A stretch of 64,000 nt of DNA, taken from an uncultured candidate division Zixibacteria bacterium. GTDB lineage: Bacteria; Zixibacteria; MSB-5A5; GN15; FEB-12. Of the stretch, positions 40,870 through 50,496 are shown piece after piece; within the stretch, counting starts at the first letter, position 1, and each line of letters begins with the position of its first letter. The notes under the pieces are model-generated. The model was not told the DNA's origin. It ran no database searches and worked only from the letters and a program-made list of their open reading frames with translations. Made by a program: the position numbers and the translations under genes. Where the stretch lies: the NCBI GenBank assembly GCA_963664195.1, contig OY760907.1, forward strand, positions 3,264,001 through 3,328,000, given 5' to 3'.

Positions 40870-42984
40870 ATGGTAAGCAAAGTTGAATTTGAGCTCGGTG
40901 GTCGGACAATGATCATCGAAAGCGGCAGAATGGCGAAGCAGGCAAACGGCGCCGTCACAGTTCAGTACGGAGACTCAATGGTGATCTCCACCGTCTGTGC
41001 GCAGACCGAACCTAAGAGAGGTTTTGACTTCTTCCCACTCACCGTAGAGTACCGAGAGAAATCGTATGCCGCCGGCAAGATTCCCGGTGGCTTCTTCAAG
41101 CGGGAAGGACGCCCGTCGGAGAAGGAAATTCTCTCGGCCCGGATTATCGATCGTCCGATCCGCCCGTTGTTCCCGAAAGACTTCAAAGGCGAAACACAGG
41201 TCATCAATTTCATTATATCGCATGACCAGCAGAACGACACAGACATTCTGGCACTTGTCGGCTCCGGCGCTTGCCTCGCAATATCTGACGTTCCGGTTGC
41301 TGAAACGGTCGCCGGTTGTCGTGTTGGGCGACTTGACGGTGAGTTCATAATCAACCCGACTTTTGACCAGCGCGAAGAGTGTGATCTCCAGATCACCATG
41401 GCCGGTTCTGCCGATGCCATCGCTATGGTTGAAGGCGGCGGTTACGAAGCCAGCGAAGAAGACGTCATTCAGGCTCTTCAATTCGGACACGATCAAATCA
41501 AGATCATCGTGGCCAAGATCGAAGAGCTTCGCGAAATGTGCGGCAAAGAGAAGTTCGAGTACACCCCGGTGACGGTGGACGAGGGACTTCTGGGCCGTGT
41601 GACCGAACTGGTCGGTAACCGTATGGACGAGTTTAATCATATCGTCGACAAAACTGAACGTAACAACGAGAAGAAGAAGCTCAAGAACGAAATCCTTGAG
41701 GCTCTGGCCGAGGAATTCGCGGATCAAGAAGGCGACATCAAAACCGCCATCCACGATCTGGACGCAGTCTCCATGCGCTCGATGATTCTCAACGAGAGCA
41801 AGCGCATCGACGGTCGTCAGACCGACGAGATTCGTCAGATCACCTGCGAAACCAGCGTGCTCCCGCGCACTCACGGTTCGGCCCTGTTCACTCGCGGCCA
41901 GACCCAGGCGCTCGTAGCCGTTACCCTCGGCACTAAAGTTGACGAACAGCGCTTGGACGAGCTTGAAGGGGACACCACCAAGAGCTACATGCTGCACTAC
42001 AACTTCCCGCCGTTCTCGACCGGGGAGACCAAGCCGATCCGCGGCACCAACCGCAGAGAAATCGGTCACGGTAACCTGGCGGAACGCGCCCTCCAGCCGG
42101 TCATTCCGGATGAAGGAAGTTTCCCTTATACGGTTCGAGTAGTCTCTGACATTATGGAATCCAACGGTTCCTCGTCGATGGCGTCGGTCTGTGGCGGTTC
42201 GCTGTCACTAATGGACGCCGGTGTCCCGATCAAAACGGCAGTTGCCGGTATCGCGATGGGCTTGATCAAAGAAGATGACAACGTCAAGATATTGACAGAC
42301 ATCCTCGGCGATGAAGACCATTTCGGCGACATGGACTTCAAGGTTGCCGGTACCAAGGACGGCATCAATGCCATCCAGATGGATATCAAAATCGCCGGTC
42401 TGGATATCGAGATCATGCGTCAGGCGCTTGACAAAGCGCGCGTCGCACGCCTCTCGATTCTCGGCAATATGAATGCTGAGCTTCCGAAGCATCGTGACCA
42501 GCTCTCGCAGTTCGCTCCGAGAATTATCACTATGAAGATCAACCCGTCGAAGATCGGCGAGGTGATTGGCCCAGGCGGCAAGATCATTCGCAGCATTGTC
42601 GAGGAGACGGGTGCCAAGGTGGATATTGAGGACGATGGCACCGTGACAATCGCTTCGACCGACGGTGAGGCCGGTGCGGCCGCAGTGGCCCGTATCGAAG
42701 CTATCGTTGAAGAACCTGAGGTCAATCGTGTGTACAACGGCGTTGTTCGCCGTACGACTGACTTCGGCGCCTTTGTCGAGATCATTCCGGGCACCGACGG
42801 TCTGGTGCACATTTCTGAACTTGATCTGGAACGTGTTCGTAAGGTTGAAGACATCTGTCGTGTTGGCGACCGCATGGAAGTTAAAGTGATTTCCATAGAC
42901 GGTGACAATCGTGTACGGCTGTCTCGCAAGGCTCTGCTGATGGATAAGCGTCAGCCGTCCGACGAACCCAAAAGCGATAGCTAA
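40870..42984 (+). CDS. pnp: Polyribonucleotide nucleotidyltransferase
   Basis: FFPLTV, RREIGHG, SNGSSSMAS, GDMDFKVAG, KH and S1 domains. Confidence 0.99.
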   Translation: MVSKVEFELGGRTMIIESGRMAKQANGAVTVQYGDSMVISTVCAQTEPKRGFDFFPLTVEYREKSYAAGKIPGGFFKREGRPSEKEILSARIIDRPIRPLFPKDFKGETQVINFIISHDQQNDTDILALVGSGACLAISDVPVAETVAGCRVGRLDGEFIINPTFDQREECDLQITMAGSADAIAMVEGGGYEASEEDVIQALQFGHDQIKIIVAKIEELREMCGKEKFEYTPVTVDEGLLGRVTELVGNRMDEFNHIVDKTERNNEKKKLKNEILEALAEEFADQEGDIKTAIHDLDAVSMRSMILNESKRIDGRQTDEIRQITCETSVLPRTHGSALFTRGQTQALVAVTLGTKVDEQRLDELEGDTTKSYMLHYNFPPFSTGETKPIRGTNRREIGHGNLAERALQPVIPDEGSFPYTVRVVSDIMESNGSSSMASVCGGSLSLMDAGVPIKTAVAGIAMGLIKEDDNVKILTDILGDEDHFGDMDFKVAGTKDGINAIQMDIKIAGLDIEIMRQALDKARVARLSILGNMNAELPKHRDQLSQFAPRIITMKINPSKIGEVIGPGGKIIRSIVEETGAKVDIEDDGTVTIASTDGEAGAAAVARIEAIVEEPEVNRVYNGVVRRTTDFGAFVEIIPGTDGLVHISELDLERVRKVEDICRVGDRMEVKVISIDGDNRVRLSRKALLMDKRQPSDEPKSDS

Positions 42985-43001
42985 TCACAGATTGGGGCAT
43001 T

Positions 43002-44282
43002 GTGCCGAAAGCAAATCGTCAAGACAACGGTAGCCTCTACCGTAAGACAACGATGAGAAACGGGCTGAGGGTACTCTCCGAGAGAGTACCTTCGGTCCGT
43101 TCCATTTCTATCGGAGTGTGGGTCGATGTCGGCTCACGCAACGAACACGCGGACGAGGCCGGGCTGTCTCATTACATTGAGCACCTTGTCTTCAAAGGCA
43201 CCAAACACCGTAACTCCAAAGAGGTGGCAGCCTCGCTGGAGTCCATCGGCGGTGTGCTCAACGCGTTTACTTCCCGCGAGCAAACCTGTTTTACTGCGAG
43301 AGTTCTCGACGAGTATCTGGATGAGGCTCTTGATGTCCTTGCTGACATCACGTGTCATGCCACCCTTACACAGGCGAACATGAACCGCGAGAAACAGGTC
43401 ATCTGTGAGGAAATCAAGGAATCCCTGGACAGTCCCATGGACCGCATCCATGATCTTTTCGCGGAGGCGTTCTGGGGCGATCATCCTCTTGGAAAACCGA
43501 TACTCGGGACCTACGACGGTATCCAGGCAATGACGCGCGGGAAGTTGATGAAGTACGTCGACCGCAATTATCGTGCTGGCTCAATCGTCATCGCTGCAAG
43601 TGGCTCGATCTCGCACGCCAGGCTCCTCAAGCTGGTCCGCGAGAAGTTCACTTTTCCAACCGGCACCGTTGAGCCGTTTGCTCCTGCGAATCGTGATAAC
43701 TTCCGGAAATTGGCCGTTTTTCCGGCCGACATTGCACAGACTCACTTTTGCCTGGGACTGCCGGGTATGAGCTTTGACGATCCCCGCAAGATGATTCCGA
43801 TGCTCATGGCGTCGTATCTCGGCGGCGGGATGTCATCGGTCTTGTTCCAGAAGATCCGTGAAGATCGCGGTCTGGCGTACACCGTTTATGCGTATCACGA
43901 TTTCTTCAGGGACTCCGGAATATTCGGCGTGTACCTCGGGACGGACAAGCACAACGTGCGCAAGGCATACGATGTCACCCTGGCAGAACTTCGCAAGATG
44001 AAAAAGAAGACGCTTTCGTCAGGGGATCTTGAGCAGGTGAAGGCTCAAATCAAGGGACACCTGACCCTCGGAATGGAAGGAACGTCGAATCGCATGTCCC
44101 GCCTGGGACGACAGGAGTTCATGCTGGGGACGTATGTCAGTCTTGAAGAAACGCTGAAGGCGATTGACAAAGTTACGCCGGCGGAGATTCGCGACGTAGC
44201 AAATGAGTATCTTGATGAGTCCCAGATGAGCATTGCCACGCTGGGTCCCATTGACCCGAAGGAATTCGACGATATAGCCTGA
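43002..44282 (+). CDS. M16 family zinc peptidase
   Basis: HYIEH (HxxEH), NAFTSRE, IREDRGLAY; usual position after pnp. Confidence 0.93.
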   Translation: MPKANRQDNGSLYRKTTMRNGLRVLSERVPSVRSISIGVWVDVGSRNEHADEAGLSHYIEHLVFKGTKHRNSKEVAASLESIGGVLNAFTSREQTCFTARVLDEYLDEALDVLADITCHATLTQANMNREKQVICEEIKESLDSPMDRIHDLFAEAFWGDHPLGKPILGTYDGIQAMTRGKLMKYVDRNYRAGSIVIAASGSISHARLLKLVREKFTFPTGTVEPFAPANRDNFRKLAVFPADIAQTHFCLGLPGMSFDDPRKMIPMLMASYLGGGMSSVLFQKIREDRGLAYTVYAYHDFFRDSGIFGVYLGTDKHNVRKAYDVTLAELRKMKKKTLSSGDLEQVKAQIKGHLTLGMEGTSNRMSRLGRQEFMLGTYVSLEETLKAIDKVTPAEIRDVANEYLDESQMSIATLGPIDPKEFDDIA

Positions 44283-44284
44283 CG

Positions 44285-45082
44285 GTGAGGCAGACACCGC
44301 TGGCTGTACTCAGGGAGGCTGTCAGTCGAATGTCACCTGTTCCTGTTGTGTTGGCCTTTCACAAACTGATGCCGGAGTTCAGTTTCGGATCAACGAATTT
44401 TTCTCCCGGACGGTTTGACCGGCTGCTTACATTTCTGACCGATCTCGGCTACGACCTTAACTCGTCGGGGACAGGACCACACCTCACAATCAGTTTCGAC
44501 GACGGCTATCAGCACCTGCTCACTTATCTACCGGAGCTGGTGCAGCGCCATCGTTTCACCCCGATTGTCTTCATGCCGACCTCGTTGATCGGCCAGCCCA
44601 ACGCATGGGACTACAGCTACCTAATCAGAACGACACCGCATCTGGACAAAGAGTCTGTTTTGAGACTGGCCGGTTTCGGTGTTGAGTTTGGTTCTCACGG
44701 ACACACGCATACCGATCTGACCGGACTTTCCCGAACATCGCTCGAAGCAGAATTGAGGACCTCGAAAAGCATCCTTGAAGACATTCTGAAACGTGAGGTG
44801 ACGCAGATCAGCTATCCGTTCGGCCGGTCTAACGTACGCGTGACGGAGGCAGCGGCTCGGGCAGGCTACACTCACGGCTACACAATGGACTTTCCGTCAG
44901 ACGAGGCAATTCACAATCCCTTGACTGCTGGTCGGGTCGCCGTGTACGGCTATGACACACCGCTGAGCGTACTCCGCAAGCTGCGGCCGGGGCCGTTCCG
45001 TGCGCTTGAACAGGCCAAGGCGAGGATAACCAATCGCCTGTCGGGAGGCACCGTTCTCCTGAACCGGCTTCGAGGCCGGTGA
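44285..45082 (+). CDS. Polysaccharide deacetylase (NodB/CE4) family protein
   Basis: SFDDGY, GSHGHTH, SYPFG. Confidence 0.87.
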   Translation: MRQTPLAVLREAVSRMSPVPVVLAFHKLMPEFSFGSTNFSPGRFDRLLTFLTDLGYDLNSSGTGPHLTISFDDGYQHLLTYLPELVQRHRFTPIVFMPTSLIGQPNAWDYSYLIRTTPHLDKESVLRLAGFGVEFGSHGHTHTDLTGLSRTSLEAELRTSKSILEDILKREVTQISYPFGRSNVRVTEAAARAGYTHGYTMDFPSDEAIHNPLTAGRVAVYGYDTPLSVLRKLRPGPFRALEQAKARITNRLSGGTVLLNRLRGR

Positions 45083-45108
45083 CCGACACCCCAAACCGCT
45101 CAAAACTA

Positions 45109-45137
45109 TTGCTAATCCACCGATATTTTGATACAAT
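45109..45137 (+). promoter_or_regulatory. Sigma-70-type promoter of leuS
   Basis: TTGCTA-17 bp-TACAAT. Confidence 0.55.
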
Positions 45138-45173
45138 TGCGTCCAATCAGAACGATACGATAGAGAGTGAATC

Positions 45174-47675
45174 ATGCCCGCAGAAAAGACCCCGATCCCC
45201 GAGTACAACTTCGCAGAAATAGAACACAAGTGGCAGGAACAGTGGAAAAACGAACGCCTGTACAAGGCGCCGGATCTCGCTGACGCAAAGAACAAGTTCT
45301 ATATGCTGGTGATGTTCGCCTATCCGTCAGGCGATATCCACATGGGTCATTTCCGCAATTACATCATCGGTGACGCCGTAGCGCGCCAGCAGATGATGCT
45401 CGGCAAAGACGTGCTGCATCCGTTCGGGTGGGATTCTTTTGGTCTCCCGGCGGAACGTGCGGCGATTCAGCGGCATATTCATCCGGAAGAATGGACGCAG
45501 AAGAACATCGGTGTGAGCCGCGCTACGTTGCAGAAAACGGGTGTGTCGTTTGACTGGGAACGCGAAATCGCCTCCAGCAATGCCGACTACTACAAGTGGA
45601 CGCAATGGATGTTCATCCAGTTGTTCAACAAGGGTCTGGCGTATCGCAAACGCGGTTTTGTCAACTGGTGCCCAGAGGACAAGACGGTTCTGGCCAACGA
45701 ACAAGTGGTCGACGGCAAGTGCGAACGGTGCCACACGGAAGTCGAAAAGAAAGACCAGATACAGTGGTACTTCAAGATCACCGACTACGCCGACCGCCTC
45801 GTGGATGATCTGGACAAGCTCCCGGATTGGCCCGACAACCTGAAGACTATGCAGCGGGAATGGATCGGACGTTCCTACGGCCTTGAGGTGGATTTCACCA
45901 TCGAAGAGACGGGGGAGAAGCTCCCGATCTTCACCACTCGCCCGGACACTATTTTCGGCGTTACGTTTATGGCCATTTCACCTGAAGCGGAGATTCTGGA
46001 CAGCCTGAATATCGAAAGCGAGTATGCCGAGAACGTCAGTTCTTACAAGAAGAAAGCTGCCGCACGGACCGATATAGAACGCGCTGCTGTCACCGACGAC
46101 AAGGACGGTGTGTTCACCGGCAAGTACGCGATCAACCCGTACAACGGCGAACGCGTTCAGCTCTGGGTGGCAGACTACGTTCTGGCCGGCTACGGCACGG
46201 GCGTTGTGATGGCTGTCCCGGCGCATGATACGCGCGATTTTGCTTTCGCCAAGAAGTATGACATTCCGATTCGCGTAGTGATTCATCCCGACAAAAAGAC
46301 CTCGCTCGACGCTGATGCTATGGAAGAAGCCTTCACCGAGTACGGTCCCATGGTCAACTCGGGACAGTTCGACGGCCAGGCGGGCAAGAAAGCCATCGCG
46401 GCAGTCTCCGAGTTTGCGGAGAAAGAGGGATTCGGACGTCGCACGGTCAATTACAAGCTCAAGGACTGGTCTATCTCCCGTCAGCGCTACTGGGGTTGCC
46501 CGATACCGATCATCCACTGCGACAAATGTGGCCAGGTGCCGGTGCCACAGGAGCAATTACCGGTCCATCTGCCGACAGTCGAGGATTTCCATCCGAAAGG
46601 TCGTTCGCCGCTGGCCGATGTTGCTGAATACATGAACGTCAAGTGTCCCAAATGCGGGGGAGAGGCGCAGCGGGATGCGGACACCATGGATACGTTTGTC
46701 TGCTCGTCCTGGTACTATCTTCGCTATGTCGACCCGCACAATGATGAGCAGCCGTTTGATATCGAGAAGGCCAAGCGTTGGATGCCGATCGACCTGTATG
46801 TCGGCGGTATCACGCATGCCACCGGGCATTTGATCTATTTCCGGTTCTTCCACAAGTTCCTGAAGGATCTGGGGTATGTCGACTGCGATGAGCCGGCAAC
46901 ACGCATGTTCAACCACGGGATGGTTCAGGACAGCAACGGCGAGACGATGTCCAAATCTAAAGGAAACGTGGTATCTCCGATAGATTTAATGGCAAATCGA
47001 GGTATCGACATTTCGCGCCTCGCGATGTTCTTCACAGCGCCTTCGGAAAAGCCGGTCCAATGGTCCGATGACGCTCTGACCGGAGTCGAGAAATTCGCTT
47101 CGCACAAGCTTTACAACATCGTTGAAAGCTATCGACACAGCTCACCCGCCTTAAAGCAGTACTTTAACGCCGATAGTGATCTTACTGCGGATGAACGCGC
47201 TATATACGTCAAGTTAAACCAAAGCATTAAGCGCGTTTCCGAGGGTTACGAGCGGCTTCAGTTCAACACGGCGATCTCAGCGCTCATGGAATTGGTTCGT
47301 GACTTCAAGCCTGACAAAATCGCCAACGACCAACTCAACGACCAGATCGTCCTCAAAACGATCCAGATGATCGCGCCGCTGGCGCCGCACATGGCCGAGG
47401 AAATGTGGCGGCTGGCCGGATTCGAGGATTCGGTGTTCAAGTCAACCTGGCCGGTATTTGACCCGGAAGCTGTTGTCGGCGATACGGTTGAGATTGCGGT
47501 GCAGATCAACGGCAAACTCCGTGATACCGTGACGGTACCGGCTGATCCGGACCAGCAGACGGTCGAAGATGCCGCGTTTGCCAGCGAGAAAGTAATTCAT
47601 TGGACCGACGGCAAGCAGATCATCAAGAAGATCTTCGTGAAGGGCCGACTCCTTAATATAGTGGTCAAGGGATAA
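45174..47675 (+). CDS. leuS: Leucine--tRNA ligase
   Basis: HMGH, FTTRPDT editing domain, SRQRYWG, TMSKSKGN. Confidence 0.98.
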   Translation: MPAEKTPIPEYNFAEIEHKWQEQWKNERLYKAPDLADAKNKFYMLVMFAYPSGDIHMGHFRNYIIGDAVARQQMMLGKDVLHPFGWDSFGLPAERAAIQRHIHPEEWTQKNIGVSRATLQKTGVSFDWEREIASSNADYYKWTQWMFIQLFNKGLAYRKRGFVNWCPEDKTVLANEQVVDGKCERCHTEVEKKDQIQWYFKITDYADRLVDDLDKLPDWPDNLKTMQREWIGRSYGLEVDFTIEETGEKLPIFTTRPDTIFGVTFMAISPEAEILDSLNIESEYAENVSSYKKKAAARTDIERAAVTDDKDGVFTGKYAINPYNGERVQLWVADYVLAGYGTGVVMAVPAHDTRDFAFAKKYDIPIRVVIHPDKKTSLDADAMEEAFTEYGPMVNSGQFDGQAGKKAIAAVSEFAEKEGFGRRTVNYKLKDWSISRQRYWGCPIPIIHCDKCGQVPVPQEQLPVHLPTVEDFHPKGRSPLADVAEYMNVKCPKCGGEAQRDADTMDTFVCSSWYYLRYVDPHNDEQPFDIEKAKRWMPIDLYVGGITHATGHLIYFRFFHKFLKDLGYVDCDEPATRMFNHGMVQDSNGETMSKSKGNVVSPIDLMANRGIDISRLAMFFTAPSEKPVQWSDDALTGVEKFASHKLYNIVESYRHSSPALKQYFNADSDLTADERAIYVKLNQSIKRVSEGYERLQFNTAISALMELVRDFKPDKIANDQLNDQIVLKTIQMIAPLAPHMAEEMWRLAGFEDSVFKSTWPVFDPEAVVGDTVEIAVQINGKLRDTVTVPADPDQQTVEDAAFASEKVIHWTDGKQIIKKIFVKGRLLNIVVKG

Positions 47676-47702
47676 CGACCCGAGACCGCGACGACTATCA
47701 AG

Positions 47703-47735
47703 ACCGGAGGGCAGGACAGGCCTTCCGGTTTTTTC
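47703..47735 (+). terminator. Rho-independent terminator after leuS
   Basis: ACCGGAGGGC/GCCTTCCGGT stem plus T-run. Confidence 0.75.
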
Positions 47736-47928
47736 ATGTTGGTCCCTCCTTTAATCATCATAGTGTTATCATAATATATGTTATAAGACACGGCAATAGG
47801 CGAGAATGAGCTTGATGATCTCGGGAAACCCCTTCTGCCTTTGGATTTGCCGCAGAATGAGTTTGGACCGATGCAAGTCTCGATGGCCGGAGGCGTTTTG
47901 ATCTCATATTTGGCCGTTTGAGTCTTCC

Positions 47929-47997
47929 GTAGCGCAGGTCAACGACACGAGTGTCTGTCTTTATCTTCAGTAGCGCAGGTCTGTCTTCAGACCTGCG
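47929..47997 (+). repeat. Two tandem REP-like family A elements (long form at 47929, short form 47970-47997)
   Basis: GTAG-CGCAGGTC-AAC-GACAC-GA-GTGTC... then GTAG-CGCAGGTCT-GTCTTC-AGACCTGCG perfect hairpin. Confidence 0.8.
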
Positions 47998-48172
47998 AGG
48001 ACACTGGCCTGTTGATTGTTCGTGCAAGGATGTGGAACGGTGTTCGGTTGACAGCCCGTAGCTGGGACCGGACCTCTCCCTTCCTCAGCACAGAATGTGA
48101 TTGACAGTCGTCGATAATGATGTCTTCTTTCATGTGGTTATCGGAAGGATCGCAAAGTGAAGGTAGATAACA

Positions 48173-48955
48173 ATGGAAGACTTGCTGGTTATTATCGAAT
48201 GGCTGCTACGTTTGGTCGGCGGGCTACTGCACTCGTCAGAGTGGTTTCCTGCGGCAGTGGGTGCATTCTTTGCCGCAATCGCCGCTTTCAGCGTCAGCCA
48301 ATTTAACGAAAAGGTCAGAAGACACAGAAAACGCTGGTTGGAGCACTTCAACGCGCTGGTTCCCCTAGATCACGCGCTGAATGAAACCGTCGATAGGCTA
48401 TGGGCAAACAGGGCACTCGCTCATCTTGCTATCGATGCCATCGGCCAGGCTGGCAAAGGAATCACGGTCATTTATAGGTTGCCAAGTCCTTTGCCTCGCA
48501 GCGACGCACATCTTCGTAGTTATCTAAGGCTTGAACTCATCAACGAAGTGTTTTCCTTCAATGTCAAGATACGCAGACTCAACGGCGACATCCGCACCGT
48601 CTGCGAGGCATACGCGGAGATGAGGAGTGGGTTGCTTCGACAGGAACTCCGTCCTGAACAGTATCATTGCAGTCTAACTCAATTCCAAGCCAATCTACAG
48701 AATCTAGTAAAGGCATTCGACCTTGTGCTTTCCCGCACACTTGATTTGCACGCACGAGTCCGAGTCACGATGAAAGAGGACAAGCGACACAACAACGACA
48801 CTTTCTGGAAATTCCTAAATGGCACACCGAACCTTGCAGTGATCGACTCAGACCGTCTTCAGTCAGAGTTGGTTCAAATGAAGCGGGAAATGGACGACGT
48901 ACAGGCCCGTAGCCGCGAGGAAATCAGGCAATGGTATGGCGACTCCACGCTATAG
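48173..48955 (+). CDS. Orphan protein, N-terminal TM plus helical domain
   Basis: 260-aa ORF with GAAGG upstream; no recognisable motif; atypical codon usage by eye. Confidence 0.65.
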   Translation: MEDLLVIIEWLLRLVGGLLHSSEWFPAAVGAFFAAIAAFSVSQFNEKVRRHRKRWLEHFNALVPLDHALNETVDRLWANRALAHLAIDAIGQAGKGITVIYRLPSPLPRSDAHLRSYLRLELINEVFSFNVKIRRLNGDIRTVCEAYAEMRSGLLRQELRPEQYHCSLTQFQANLQNLVKAFDLVLSRTLDLHARVRVTMKEDKRHNNDTFWKFLNGTPNLAVIDSDRLQSELVQMKREMDDVQARSREEIRQWYGDSTL

Positions 48956-49182
48956 CTGACGGGTGGCCGGTTCAAACTTGTTTGGGTCGGATTGGATAGC
49001 CAGCGGGCAAGCGTTGTCGTCCCCACAGGATGCCAATCAAGTCCTTGAGGCTTCGACAGGCTCAGCCTGACCTGATTGGCCATTCGCCGAGATTTGGGTC
49101 CCCTCTCCCCTACAGAAAAACGGCCGGGATGTGGTATCCCGACCGTTAGTCCTTGATCGAATCCTGCGGATTCGCTTCTTTC

Positions 49183-49410
49183 GGCAGGTCTGAAGACAGA
49201 CCTTCCCTACGAAGAGATGCGTCAGGCCAGAATGCAGCCACTTGTGGCGTTGGCCTTCCCTACCGTCGAAACTACAGGTAAGGTAGTTGGTGAACATGAC
49301 CGCATCGGTGTGGCGTTGGCCTTCCCTACCGTCGAAACTACAGGAGTTTCGACCTACAATCCCCATGTCGCTTGCTGCCACATGTCGAAACCACAGGGGT
49401 TTCGACCTAC
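49183..49410 (-). repeat. Mosaic cluster of REP-like elements (families A and B)
   Basis: Family A short 49183-49210, A long 49221-49263, A partial ending 49329; family B GTAG-GTCGAAAC(T/C)-CCTGT-(A/G)GTTTCGAC at 49331-49357 and 49383-49410; includes an exact 36-bp direct repeat (49243-49278 = 49309-49344). Confidence 0.8.
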
Positions 49411-50300
49411 TCTGTCACCGTCAGCTTGGTGATCACGTCCTCGAGGGCCTCGGTGAATTCGTCCGGGCGCTCGAACATCGGGAAATGACCCACGCTGTCC
49501 ATTATCATCACATCAAATGAGGTCGCCAGCGTACGGTTGCCCTCGACATTTGTCGGATGAACCGATGAATTCACGTTGTAAATTGGGGCCTTCACCTCCG
49601 CCAGAGCCGTAGCGTAATCGTATCTCACGAGGTTTGACATGGAACTGATGCCCACCTCTGTGGGAGCGGACGACATATCGTCCATGATGTTTGCCTTGAC
49701 GGTCGAGTCTGCGTCGGGAGCGAACATACCGTTGACCATCATCTTTGTCGTCCCTGCGAAATTCGCGTTTAGAGCACCGAGATAGCCTGCAATCTGCTCA
49801 TCGGTAAACTTCTGCTCGAAGTTCTGGAAGTTGTCGATGCCGATCAAACCGACGACCTTCTCAGGAAGCAAACGCGCAGTTTCAATAATCACTGCGCCGC
49901 CCATCGAGTGCCCCACCAGAATCACTTTCTCAGGGTTCACCTTGTTGATGACCGCCGCGACGTCCTGAGCGTAGGCTTCCATTGTGTAGTCCTTGCGGCC
50001 GAGCGCCGACTCACCGTGACCGGCAAGGTCGACCGCCACGACCTGGTAGTTGGCTGCCAGCTCCGGGAATTGCTCGTTCCAGTAGGTCCGGTCACAGCAC
50101 CAGCAATGCACGAGCACAATCGTCGGACTTCCGGTGCCCTCGACCATGTAATGGATCATGACGCCGTCGGCAGAGGCCACGGAGTCGACAACGCAGACCT
50201 GTTTTTCTACGGCTTCTTCTTTCTGGCCGCACGCACCGGCGAGCAGCGCCGCAACGAGGATTGTCAGCAATAGCGCAATGAACTTCCTGTTCTGGATCAT
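49407..50300 (-). CDS. Alpha/beta hydrolase lipoprotein
   Basis: Lipobox LAGAC, DLAGHGES, GHSMGG nucleophile elbow, VGHFPMFE. Confidence 0.9.
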   Translation of the reverse strand: MIQNRKFIALLLTILVAALLAGACGQKEEAVEKQVCVVDSVASADGVMIHYMVEGTGSPTIVLVHCWCCDRTYWNEQFPELAANYQVVAVDLAGHGESALGRKDYTMEAYAQDVAAVINKVNPEKVILVGHSMGGAVIIETARLLPEKVVGLIGIDNFQNFEQKFTDEQIAGYLGALNANFAGTTKMMVNGMFAPDADSTVKANIMDDMSSAPTEVGISSMSNLVRYDYATALAEVKAPIYNVNSSVHPTNVEGNRTLATSFDVMIMDSVGHFPMFERPDEFTEALEDVITKLTVTE

Positions 50301-50344
50301 GGTATTCTCCTGTATTCAAAGTATAGAAGTGTTTTTAGGTCTCC

Positions 50345-50372
50345 TGTCGAAACCGCAGGGGTTTCGACGTAC
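50345..50372 (-). repeat. REP-like family B element
   Basis: TGTCGAAACCGCAGGGGTTTCGACGTAC, 26/28 identical to 49383-49410. Confidence 0.8.
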
Positions 50373-50496
50373 AAAACTCAATTCTCGATTGGATGATGTG
50401 TCTCTATTGCGGATAAGGACGGATGTTTGGGGGCGGGTGTCAAGTGGAAGTGCGGTGTCATAATGCTAGCAGCCGGAGCGAACGTCGAGTCATTCC

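Noticed and set aside
48173..48955. RAYT/TnpA-REP transposase between inverted REPs
   Set aside because: No HUH motif or catalytic Tyr pattern, and it has an N-terminal hydrophobic helix
49243..49344. CRISPR array call for the 36-bp repeat / 30-bp spacer
   Set aside because: Only two repeats, no cas genes or leader, and the repeat is explained as a junction of two REP-like families present elsewhere in the window
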